From: Hemiscyllium ocellatum
Lineage: Eukaryota
DNA: 64,000 nucleotides
Direction: 5' to 3'
NCBI RefSeq assembly: GCF_020745735.1
Contig: NC_083410.1
Span: forward strand, 3,384,117 to 3,448,116
Shown here: positions 37,428 through 48,779 of the stretch, piece after piece
How the letters are laid out: each line of letters opens with the position of its first letter
How positions within the stretch are numbered: position 1 is the stretch's first letter
Notes under the pieces: model-generated
What the model was told of the DNA's origin: nothing
Databases searched by the model: none
Seen by the model: only the letters and a program-made list of their open reading frames with translations
Program-made: the position numbers and the translations under genes

Positions 37428-38029
37428 GAAGAAATGTCTTCACCCAGAGAGCGGTGACAATGAAGACTGTGACAATAAAGCTAATGCAATTCAATACTGG
37501 CTCCTTATGCACCACAGCTGTCCACTTCCCTTTATCCTCACTGTCACCTCAATCATGCAAAGATAACCGTGTAAGTTATTAGCCACCTTTCCTGAGTGAT
37601 GTCACTGGAGTACATTAATTTCTATCGATCAGATTTGTGACATTAATCTTTGTGAAATATCATACTTACTGGGTTCCTTCATTAGCTCTGGGCTTTGTTG
37701 TCTACGTTCCTCACAGTCTACACAGACCAACAAAACCCCAGGACAGGTGAATATGTCGAGTAAATAGACAGTCTGTGGTTAATAGTGAATGCCTATTCGG
37801 CTTCACAGTCACATTCATTCCTTTTCTATATAGAAGCCTGTAGCTGCTCTCAGTATTCAAACAATGCTTAGTGAACACTTCAGCAAAAACCTCTGAAAGA
37901 GCAAATTCAGTATAATTCTCCGCTGATCTGCAATTTGATTTGACTCACTGTACCTCCCATGATGATTGCAAAGCTATCTTTATCACATAGCTCAAATAAT
38001 CAGAAAAATGTTTTTGGTTTTTTTTATTG

Positions 38030-38372
38030 TGGCCTGTTAAAGTGCTGTACAGCTGCAACATAACCAACCTGGCCCTTCAGCCTAACAAGTCCACATCAAC
38101 CCTCCAAAGAGAATTCCATCAATTAATTACTCTTTATTTACCCCAATTAATGCACATAACTTACACATCCCTGAACACGATGGGAAATTTAGCATGGCCA
38201 ATTCACCTAATCTGCACATCTTTGATTTCTAGGCAGAAACTAGAGCATTTGGGGAAACCCACAAAGACAAGGGGAGAATATGCAAACTCCACACAGACTG
38301 TGGTCCAAGGCTGGAATTGTACTTGGTCCCTGATGCAATAGTACCAACCATTGACCCACTGTGCTGCCTGGT
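38030..38372 (-). mobile_element. HE1-like SINE (diverged)
   Basis: Same head and V-domain core as the other copies. Confidence 0.75.
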
Positions 38373-39399
38373 GCAGCTTATATACTGTGCCATAACCGAA
38401 AATTGCAAGCACCCAATTGCCTTCTTTGCTACCCTATTATCTGCCCAGCCCCCTTTTGGGATCTGCACATTGAGATCACTCTATTCATCTCAGTTTCCTA
38501 ATATCCTCCAATTCGTTGAGTACTCCCTTGTCTTGGTATTTCTTTCAAAGTGCATCATCTCACATTTTTCAGGATTAAATTATATCTAATATTGATCTCT
38601 TCTCCTTTCATTCGCCCTACCTTGCATCTGACACATTTTTCTCTCATTCTCTCATTTTCCCTGCCTCCCTTCCTCTATTTTATCTCTGGTATACACGGTC
38701 CCTGCTTGCCTTTTCTTGCTCTTTACTCCCACTATTTCTGATTAGTTTTCAAATTCTTTCTTCTTGTAAAATATCTCACCCCTTCTAATTTCTATATCCC
38801 TCTGTCCCACTTGCCTTTTTTTTGTCTATCTCTCTGGCCTCCTCATTATCTCCCCTTCTCTCAGCATCCCTCGCTCTATTCTTTTCCCTTTAGAAATGCA
38901 GCTAGCAGTTCCTATTCAAACAAATGTTTTTCCACATGATTGCCAATTCTATTCCAAATAGTTGTTTCACTGGTAATCACTGACTGGTCTATAATAACTG
39001 TGCTTAATTTTATAACCTTTTCTCAAAAGGGGCAGAGTGTTTGCAAGTCTCCATTCTTTTGATTCCTCTCCTGAGTTTAGGGAAGACGGAGCGATAAAGG
39101 CCAATGTCTCTACAGTCTCCCCTTCCCCCTCATTGAGTATAACTGGATATATCACATCCGGTCCTGGTATCTTGTCAACATGAAGAAACAATAGTTTATC
39201 CAATAACTTCTCTTCATCAATTCTTAACCCTTTATCACCTGCTTTGTCACCATGTGTTGTGACAATGCTGTAAAACATCACCTGAAGGAAGCTGTATGCT
39301 GAATAGACACATTAGTTTGAGATGGGCGAAAAGATAAATGAATACAAATATATAACCATACAGCTCCTTTCCAGGAAAACATTTACAATTAGACTATAC

Positions 39400-39830
39400 G
39401 TCTCTCAATGGCGGTTATTATACCCAGCAGGCCCCGGGGTTAAGGTAATTCCCAGTTCGCAAGACAGTATAGTGCAATGGACAGCAGGTTAGGCAGCATC
39501 TCAGGAATAGAGAATTCGACGTTTCGAGCATAAGCCCTTCATCAGGAAACGTCGAATTCTCTATTCCTGAGATGCTGCCTAACCTGCTGTGCTTTGACCA
39601 GCAACACATTTGCAGCTGTGATCTCCAGCATCTGCAGACCTCATTTTTTACTAGTATAGTGCAATGCGCAGGTGCACAGTCGAACCCCGAGCCATGAACG
39701 GTGGAGCATGCGCATTATATGTGTATTGCGTTGCCAGTGGCAGAGATTTATTTCCAGTCTCTGGGTGTTGTCGAACGAAGCGGGAAGAAAGGGCCGAGGG
39801 GGCGGTGCAGCTCAAGGTGAGGAGAGGCTT
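39400..39830 (+). promoter_or_regulatory. CpG-rich housekeeping-type promoter-like segment, interrupted by a Penelope-derived insertion
   Basis: Local CpG excess. ATGGCGG (YY1-like), TAATTCCCAG (ZNF143-like), TGCGCA and GCATGCGCA (NRF1-like) motifs. Donor-like AAG|GTGAGG at 39816. Confidence 0.4.
39480..39652 (+). mobile_element. Palindromic Penelope-terminal insertion
   Basis: 14-bp duplication AGTATAGTGCAATG at 39466 and 39653. Internal inverted repeat CAGCAGGTTAGGCAGCATCTCAGGAATAGAGAATTCGACGTTTC. Confidence 0.8.
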
Positions 39831-42528
39831 CCTTACCATGTTATGTCTTCTGCAGAGCTTTGCAGGACCGATGTCTGCAACAGAAAATAGGAGGAGATGT
39901 TATCTTGTTTTCTGGAGTCGAAAGCTGCATTGTTGTATTCATTCACAAGGTCAGAAGTCACACAACATCAGATTATAGTGCAACAGCTTTATTTGAAATT
40001 ACAAGCTTTTGGAGTGTAGTCCCTTCTTCAGGTGAAGTGCCTCTCATGTCTTTCTAAAATCTTTCTCCTTTCACCTTAAATGTGCCCCCGAGTTGTGAAC
40101 ACCTACTCCCCTTCCCATCCCACCCCACCCCAGGGACAACACCCAGGCTTTTCATTTGGCCTTCACCCCTCATGATATAATAAACATCTGTAAGGTCACT
40201 CTTAACCATCAATGCTCAAAGCTATTTTTTTCATAACTCAAACCCTTCATTCCTGGCAACATGCTGGAAATCTTTTCTCAACCTTCTCCAGTTTAATAAT
40301 TTTCTTCCAATAGCAGGATGACCAGAATTACACACAGTACTCCAGAAGAGGCCCAGTTTGAGGGTGGGTGGGGGTGGTAGTATTTATTGCAGACAAAGTG
40401 GGGATGAAGGAGACTCAACAAGTAACTGACTGATCTGAAGAGGGAACCAGTTTTCTGTGTCAAGGCTGTGTGCCTGTCAACGACTATTTGATTGCTAGCA
40501 CTTCACTTGATGTAGGAGCAGCGCTCTGAAAACTTGTGATTTCAAATAAACCTGTTGGACTATAGTCTGATGTTATGTGACTTGACTGTGTCCACCCGAG
40601 TCTAACACTGGCAGTTCCATGTCATTGCTGGCTGAACAGCTTGTGAAACTGAATGACTATAGCCAGAAGTCATTGGATCTCTGGAAATTAAGGTGGAGGC
40701 TTTTTTGCTGCAATATAGGCTATCTAAATCCAAAGAAAGCCAGTTTATTTTCTCTTAACAGCTGCTGCAAGCTATTGCTTTTAATCAGAATTTGTAAATC
40801 AGTCATTCTTTGCTTCCTCCAAAGAAGTCGAAAACACCCAAAGACAGAGAGAAAGGTATTAACAAACAACAAATCCTGATTAACAAATCAATGAATCCTC
40901 TGGGCATGGACCATTAAACAGATTTGCACAAATTTCTGAATTGTTAACTTATGGTAAAGGAAGCTGCAGATCATGTTAAGTTTCATTTATTTGTCAAATG
41001 TGAAGATGCCATTTTGAAACTACTGATGCATCCTTGACTCCATTACATCAATTCCGCACTGTGGCACTCCCAGTCTCTTCTCTCCTTTAAGTCTTCTGTT
41101 TTCTCTCAAATATTACTGTTTTCTCAAAAACACTAATCTCCAACATCATAACTTACATGTAGAATAATGTAACATTCACACGGACTGAGACCATTCAGTC
41201 CATCAAGCTTGCACTGTTGCACAATAATTAGCTTAGAGTAAAATCTCTCAAGGAATTTTAGAAGGTCCACTTGAGGAACGGATATATTCTGCTTGTTACC
41301 TAAAACTATAATGGTCTGGGAAACCATTATCAATGAGAGGAAATCATACTGGACCAGCATATCATGGAATGAAGCTCACAGGTAAAGGAAACATTCTGCT
41401 TTCATTATAACACATTGTTTCTTCATAATCCATCCCAGAAATCCTCAGCTACAGGAAGCAGTTGAGGCCAAAACATTTCAACAAGGAGTTAGATATAGTT
41501 CTGTGAGCTAAAGGGATCAAAGCGTATGGAAAGAAAGAAGGAACAGGGGACTGTGTTGGATGTTTATGTTGATGGTGGTGCAGGCACAATGGGCTGAATG
41601 GCCTACTCCAGCTCCTGTTTACTATGTTTTGAGAAGGTGATGATGGTGAGCTGCCTTCCTGAACTGCTGTGGTCCATTTGGTGTTGGGACATTTGATCCA
41701 ATGACGTTGAAGGAATGAGGATGATATATTTCCAAGTCTGGATGGTGTGTGCCTTGGAGAGGAGCCTGAAGGAGGTGGTATCCCATGTATCTGCTGTCCT
41801 TGTCCTTTCAGATGGGAGAGGCTGTGGATTCAGAAGCTCTTGCTGGAGAGTTGCTGAAGGGCATCATGTAGATGGTACAGACTGTCCATCATTGTTGAAA
41901 GTGTTAGCTGTGGTGCCAATCAAGTGGGCTACTTTGTCCTGGATGGTGTGAACCTTCTTAAATGTTGTTGGAGCTACACTCATCCAAGCAATTGAGAAGA
42001 ATTCCATCATATTCCTGCTTTCTGCTTTGTAGAAACATGGTGGACAGGCTGTGGGAGTCAGCGTGCAGATTTCACCTGCTCTTGGAGCCACAATATTTAT
42101 TAAACTGCTCTGTGTAATGGACAGGTTATTATGGAGTCCCAAAGAACTCTTTTACTTCATTTTCTGCTGGGATGTAGGCATCGCTGGCAAAGACTACATT
42201 TATTCCTCATCCCCAATTTCCCTCAAACTGAGTCACTTTGCTGTTTATTTCAGAGGGCAAGAAGAGCAATCCATATCTCTGTGGGTCTGGAGTCACATGT
42301 AGGCCAGACCAGGTAAGAATAGTAGATTTCCTTCCCTGAAGGACATTAGTGAACCAGATGGATTTTTACAACAATTGATGGGAACGTTGGATTAATGTGG
42401 AATTTTCTGAATATAACTCCATCAACCTGTATTTATTTTTAATAATAGCGATTTGAAAGTTTGAGAGAACACCAAAGAATTTGTTTTCTCAAAATGTATT
42501 GTATTCCATTGACATTCACTTTCATGAG

Positions 42529-43185
42529 CTGAAACTGTGTTGCTGGAAAAGCGCAACAGTTCAGGCAGCATCCAAGGAGCAGGAGAGTCGATGTTTCGGG
42601 CATGAGCCCTTCTTCAGGAATGAGGAAAGTGTGTCCAGCAGGCTAAGATAAAAGGTAGGGAGGAGGGACTTGGGGGAGGGGCGTTGGAAATGCGATAGGT
42701 GGAAGGAGGTCAAGGTGAGGGTGATAGGCCAGAGTGGGGGTGGGGGCGGAGAGATCAGGAACATGACGGCTGGAGGAAGAGTGCCTCATCTTCCGCCTAG
42801 GAACCCTCCAACCACAAGGGATGAACATAGATTTCTCCAGTTTCCTCATTTCCCCTCCCCCCACCTTGTCTCAGTCAAATCCCTCGAACTCAGCACCGCC
42901 TTCCCAACCTGCAATCTTTTTCCTGACCTCTCCGTCCCCGCCCCTACTCTGGCCTATCACCCTCACCTTGACCTCCTTCCACCTATCGCATTTCCAACGC
43001 CCCTCCCCCAAGTCCCTCCTCCATACCTTTTATCTTAGCTTGCTGGACACACTTTCCTCATTCCTGAAGAAGGGCTCATGCCCGAAACGTCGACTCTCCT
43101 GCTCCTTGGATGCTGCCTGATCTGCTGTGCTTTTCCAGCAACACAGTTTCAGCTCTGATCTCCAGCATCTGCAGTCCTCACTTTA
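42529..43185 (+). mobile_element. Penelope 3' fragment with inverted 5' arm
   Basis: About 230-nt inverted arms. Near-perfect 15-bp duplication ATTCACTTT(C/T)ATGAG at 42514 and 43186. Confidence 0.8.
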
Positions 43186-43289
43186 ATTCACTTTTATGAG
43201 CCATCTTCACATTCAACTGGACCGTGGCTGATCTGTACCTCAGTGTCATTTAAACTAAAGGTTAAATTGGTTTCTGTTGTAACCCATTA

Positions 43290-44620
43290 AGATGGGACAA
43301 ATTGAGGACTCTGGTTCTGTACTCAATGGAGTTTAGAAGAAGTGGGGTTGGATCTAACTGAAACATCCAGAATACTGAGGGGCCTGGATAAAGTGGATGT
43401 GGAGAAGAGGTTTCCCCCAGGATGAGAGACTAGGGCCCGAGGACACAGCCTCAGAGTGAAGGGATGTTCCTTTAGAATTCAGATGAGGAGGAATTTCTTC
43501 ACCCAGGGGGTGGTGAAACTGTGGAACCCATCACCACAGAAGACTGTGGAGGCCACATTATTGAGTGTATTTAAGACATAGATAGATAGGTGCTGTATTG
43601 TAAGGACATTAAATGTTCCATGGAGAGGGAAGGAGAATGAGGATGAAAAAAGTCATTTGTGATCAAATTCTGCAACAGACTCAATAGCCTGAATGGCCCA
43701 ATTTTGTTCCCATATCCTGCAAACTCATGGTATTGAGGTTTTAAATGGGAAATTTCAAGCTTTCAGCTTTCGAATCTTTGGGCCATCATTTTCCAGAACC
43801 TTCTGCAGCTCCTGTTCTGCTCAATGACACTCCCACCTCCACCTCTGATGCACTTGGCCCTTCCACACACCTGCCCTGATTACTCCCCTTCTTATGACCC
43901 TCATTCATTCCCTTAGTCTAAGCGATACAGGTAGAGGGACATAGGAATAGGGTAGGCCATAAATCCCACCAAGTCTGGTCCACCACTCAATTAAATGATG
44001 GATGATCAATGACTTCAATGGCATTCGAATATACTTTTTCCAAATACCTTAATGTAAATCATCTCTGGAAAACTTTAATTTCAGTCTTGAATGTTCCCAG
44101 TGACTGAGTCTCCACAGTTCTCTGGGGAATGTATGCTATTGAGATTTCAACCAAGCCTTTGACAAGGCTCACTGTGGGATACTAATAGTGAAAGTAAAAG
44201 CTGATGGGATCTAAGGTCACTTGGCAAGTTGGATCCAAAACGGGTTCTCACCCAGCAACAGTGGGTGGTGGTAGAGGCTGTTTGTGTGACTGGAGGCCAC
44301 TGTCCAGTGGTGTACCACAGGGTTCAGTGCTGGGTCCCTTATTATTCATGCTGGATATAAATGATACAGCTGAGTGTAGAGGGTGGTAAGTAAGTTTGCA
44401 GATGACGGGAACATTGACCAAGTGCTTGAGAATGAGGAGGATGGTCTTAGATTGCAGGAGGATAAAAATGGATTGGTCAGATAGACAGATCAGTGGCAGC
44501 TTGAATTAAACCCTGATATCTGTGAGGGGATGAACTTTGAAGAAGTCACAAGACAAGCGGGTACTCACAAGTGGGAAGAAATGAAGAAGCTGAGGAACAG
44601 AGAGGTGGAGCGATTGAAAA
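43290..44620 (+). mobile_element. CR1 fragments
   Basis: 3' end at 43290-43740 and [17 protein letters not shown] piece at 44130-44620. Confidence 0.75.
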
Positions 44621-44696
44621 TGGAGGTTTTGTTGTCAGATGCAGATTACTGACTGAACTCAGTGTTTTTAAAGTGATCTTTATTTTCCATTTCTAG

Positions 44697-45040
44697 GTAC
44701 TGTGTTGAATCCAGCGGTAGTACAATTTCCAACAGTTCAAAGTGTCAGAGAGGGTCAGACAGTGAGAATGACAGTGCACCATCAAGAACAGCAAACTGCA
44801 CAAAGTGATCAGTCATTGGTAACAACAGTGCCTCAGGAAAAGAAAAGACAAGATGATGACTCATTCCAGAAATAATTCACAGGAAACTCCTCCAGCTTTT
44901 CTGCTTTATTTCAACATTCTAAAGAGCCCTCCTAGAATAGCTTCATTCTGACCATTACAAGCGTACAGCCCAGTGACACTTCTGTCTCTACTTGCAATGT
45001 GTGGGGCTATACCCATTCAATTACTGTCCCTCATTGTAAT
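44697..45040 (+). pseudogene. Degenerate VJ exon of a divergent subtype (GTVLNPAVVQFPTVQSVREGQTVRM...NSFILTITSVQPSDTSVSTCNVWG)
   Basis: Acceptor ttttccatttctag|GT, recognisable A/B strands and FR3. Frameshifts, a stop after the Trp, eroded J region and no donor. Confidence 0.7.
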
Positions 45041-46429
45041 ATATCAGACCATAAGATATAAGGAGCAGAGTTTGGCCCATCGAGCTTGCTCTGTAATCCA
45101 ATCACTGCAGATATGTTTTTGAAACTCATTCTCCTGGTCACTCCAAATAACCTTTGACCCCCTTACTGATCCAGAACCTATCCATCTTGGTCTTAAATAA
45201 ACTCAATGACTTGATCACTGCAGCCCTCTGCATATTGAGTTCAACAGATTCATCACCCTCTGGCTGATGAAATTCCTCCTCATCACAGCTGCCATTGTGG
45301 AATGTCACCCAGACTAATATCTCCCCATGTGACTCTATGTGAGAAAGCCTGGAAAGTTTTCCTATGTTAAAGACACTATAAAACTGCAAATTGTTACTAT
45401 TTAATCAGGTTTGAGCCAATCCACACATCAGCTTCTACATTTTGACCTAATATGGCTTTCAGATATTGCAGTCAGAGACCGGCAAATGACAACATGAACA
45501 ATAGGGATCCACAGTTGCTGCCTATGGTTTGGGTATGTTCTGTTCTTGTTTATATCTTTGTCAATCATCACTGACAGAGTGAGTTCAGCAGATACTTTAA
45601 ATTGTGCTTGATTTCACTGATATAACCAGTTTCTGAATAAAAATCTAATTATCTGACCATTGAACTGTGTGTCTGTGTTCTTCAGCTAATTAATTTAAAA
45701 AGTCTTACCAGGAGCTGCTGGCAGCTTGTGCACATTTGAGGTGACAAAGTTTTCCCCTCCCACATCACCCTAACCCACTGTGTATTCATGTGTTATCAAC
45801 AACTGCCTTGCAATGAACAGCAACAGAAATGACAAATGGTTCTAGCCATTTGTTTGAGAGAAGCTGCTGCCCTTGAGAAGTGTAACCAATGTCAGTGTCG
45901 GGGCTGTGGCACGCTGACAGTGTCCCTAACTGCAGACTTCAAGGTCAGATACCACCCTATGGTACAGCACACCCTCACAGGTTCTGAGAAATAATTTCAA
46001 CAGTACCTGTATAAGAGTTGGCTCCATATTTAATTCATGCTTGGTGATCTCTGGCTAAGGCCACAATGATTGGTCATGGGTTAATCATTCATTGTTATCC
46101 CTGAATCTATTTTCAGGGATTGTCTAGATTAACCCATCCCATTTGTCCAACATCCCCTCCCCTTTCAGACTCTGCTTCAGACCAAACCATTTGATTGAGT
46201 TTCTGAAACAGAGTCACACTGGGCTGGAAATAGTAACTCTGTTTCTCTCCCCACAGATACTGCCAGACCTTCTGAGTTTCTCCAACAATTTCAGTTTTTT
46301 GTTTTTTTCTGGTTTATTGTCTTAAGCTTGCATTTCTTGATTGGTGACAAAATTTGTCCACTTTCCCAAGTTTGAAAAGTTTTGCCATCATTTTCCTGAG
46401 TACACACTACTACATAAATGGCAATAGTT

Positions 46430-47273
46430 ACAAAGAAGAGCTGCAGAGTTGCAGAGTTGGGCGGAAATGTGGCAAATGGAATTCAATGTAGCTAAGTGCG
46501 AAGTCGTTCACTTTGGTAGGAATAACAAGATGATGGATTACTGGGCTAATGGTAGGCTACTTGGTAGTGTGGATGAGCAGAGGGATCTTGGTGTCCATGT
46601 ACACAGATCTCTGAAAGTTGCCACCCAGGTAAATAGTGCTGTGAGGAAGGCATATGGTGTACTGGGCTTTATTGGCAGAGGAATTGAGTTCCGGAGTCCT
46701 GAGGTCATGTTGCAGTTGTATAAGACTCTGGTGAGGCCTCATCTGGAGTATTGTGTGCAGTTTTGGTCGCCATACTATAGGAAGGATGTGGAAGCTTTAG
46801 AACGAGTGCAGAGGAGGTTTACCAGGATGTTGCCTGGAATGGTAGGAAAATCTTATGAGGAAAGGCTGAGGCACTTGGGGCTGTTCTCATTGGAGAAGAG
46901 AAGGTTTAGGGGAGATCTGATAGAAGTGTATAAGATGATTAGGGGTTTAGATAGGGTAGATACTAAGAACCTTTTACCGCTAATGGAGTCAGGTGTTACT
47001 AGGGGACATAGCTTTAAATTAAGGGGTGGTAGGTATAGGACAGATGTTAGGGGTAGATTCTTCACACAGCGGGTTGTGAGTTCATGGAATGCCCTGCCCA
47101 TATCAGTGGTGAACTCTCCTTCTTTATGGTCATTTAAGCGGGCATTGGATAGGCATTTGGAAGTTATTGGGCTAGTATAGGTTAGGTAGGATTCGGTCGG
47201 CGCAACATCGAGGGCCGAAGGGCCTGTACTGCGCTGTATCCTTCTATGTTCTATGTTCTATGTTCTATGTTCT
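46430..47273 (+). mobile_element. Young 5'-truncated CR1 with intact 243-aa C-terminal frame
   Basis: ORF 46449-47180 is nearly the same protein as 701-1216. (TTCTATG)n tail at 47241-47273. Confidence 0.95.
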
Positions 47274-47329
47274 AAGAGGGGTTTGGGCCCATTTTTTAAA
47301 AAAATAAGTGTTTTTACCATTCACAGGGT

Positions 47330-47640
47330 TGCAGCAAATGTGTGAATTCTCAAATTTAGGTGACTTGATTGTGGGGAACTTGTATTGAATAAGTAATTAA
47401 CGTCACTCCTGAAATAAACGTCATGAAACCACATTTAGAAATCCAGCTAGCAATATCCTTCCTCAGAAGAGAGCAGCCATTGGTTTATTGTCATGCCTCT
47501 CCTTTCCTGACACTTTAACTTCTTTACCTCCTGAGAAACAAGACATTACAGAAGATGTGGTTGGCTGGGACACTTTGTGTTTCGATGTATTAGTTGGACA
47601 TAAAATAAACTGTGTGGAGAAACAGGGTTATCACTGTGTT
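47330..47640 (+). promoter_or_regulatory. Putative promoter/5'UTR of leader C
   Basis: Paralogous to 3590-3900 on the minus strand with the same motif block. Confidence 0.5.
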
Positions 47641-47643
47641 GAC

Positions 47644-47695
47644 ATGATCAGTGGAACTGTATTTGCTGTGACTCTGTCCCTTTGTGTTACATTGA
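47644..47695 (+). CDS. Leader exon C: MISGTVFAVTLSLCVTL-; no plus-strand V exon follows in the window (possibly orphan)
   Basis: 52 nt, donor A|GTAAGT, paralogous to leaders at 17369 and 3583. Homology with their introns stops about 50 nt after the donor. Confidence 0.7.
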
Positions 47696-48561
47696 GTAAG
47701 TGTTTGCTTTAGAGAACTTTAACCTGTTATAAAAGACATGTCCATTTACTATAAATTCTTTTTTCTATGATCCTGCTAAGTGATGAAGGAGCAGCGCTCC
47801 AGAAACTTGTACTTCCAAACAAACCTGTTGGACTATAACCTGGTGTTGTGATTTTTAACTTCTATTAGTTATCCAATGCTTTATCCATGCAGATACATTA
47901 CCTTCATCACCATAGGCTCTTACTAAGTAGCCTAATGTGTGGGACTGAACAAATGCTGGATTAAAATCCTTAGATATTACATCCACTGCTTCCTCCTTTC
48001 CTAAAGGCAAAATACTGCAGATGATGGAAACTTGAAGCAAACGCAGAGAATGCTGGAGAAGCTCAGTAAGTCTGGCCATATCTGTTGAGAATGAAACATA
48101 GTGAACATTTCATGTTTGATCTGACTCTTCTTCACAACTCTATGTTTGCCTGAAATTGGGCCATTATTTCAGTCATTTTGTTCTGAATGCTATGTGCAGA
48201 AAAGTAAATAGTCATTAGCTTTGCCTTTTTAACATTATTTCGCTTGGTGACCCTGTTCACTGCTGTTGTACTGTGTTAGTATCCTCTGTCTGTTCCTGTC
48301 CCACACTGGGTAATGTAGCTGCTATCTCCTCTTGCTTTGTCAGTCCCCAGCCCCTTTCCCCTGAACCAGGCCCCATTCTAACTAGTTGATAACCCACTCT
48401 ACGGCCCTAGTTATTCAATTCACCAGGACCCTCATCCCAGCAGGGTTGAAGTGAAGCCTGCCACAGAAGAACAGCTCTCTTTTACCCCAGTACCCTAATA
48501 ATCTCAGTGAGAGACTGAACTGCCTCCTGCACCTTCCACCCCCATGCTGAGCTGCTGCACC

Positions 48562-48744
48562 GTCTGAGTGCCCAGTAATCTCAGGGTCTACGAGGGTCTG
48601 AGTGCCCAGTAATCTCAGGGTCTGGGAGGGTCTGAGTGCCCAGTAATCTCAGGCTCTGAGAGAGTCTGAATGCCCAGTAATCTCAGGGTCTGAGAGAGTC
48701 TGAATGCCCAGTAATCTCAGGGTCTGAGTGCCCAGTAATCTCAG
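48562..48744. repeat. 34-bp minisatellite (about 5.5 units, core GTCTGAGTGCCCAGTAATCTCAGG)
   Basis: Cores start at 48562, 48596, 48630, 48664, 48698 and 48722. Confidence 0.9.
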
Positions 48745-48779
48745 TGGCTGGGACGGTTTGAGGAACAGCGATTGATTCA

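Noticed and set aside
48562-48744. CRISPR-like repeat/spacer pattern
   Set aside because: The 10-nt 'spacers' are partial copies of the repeat, the genome is eukaryotic and there are no cas genes.
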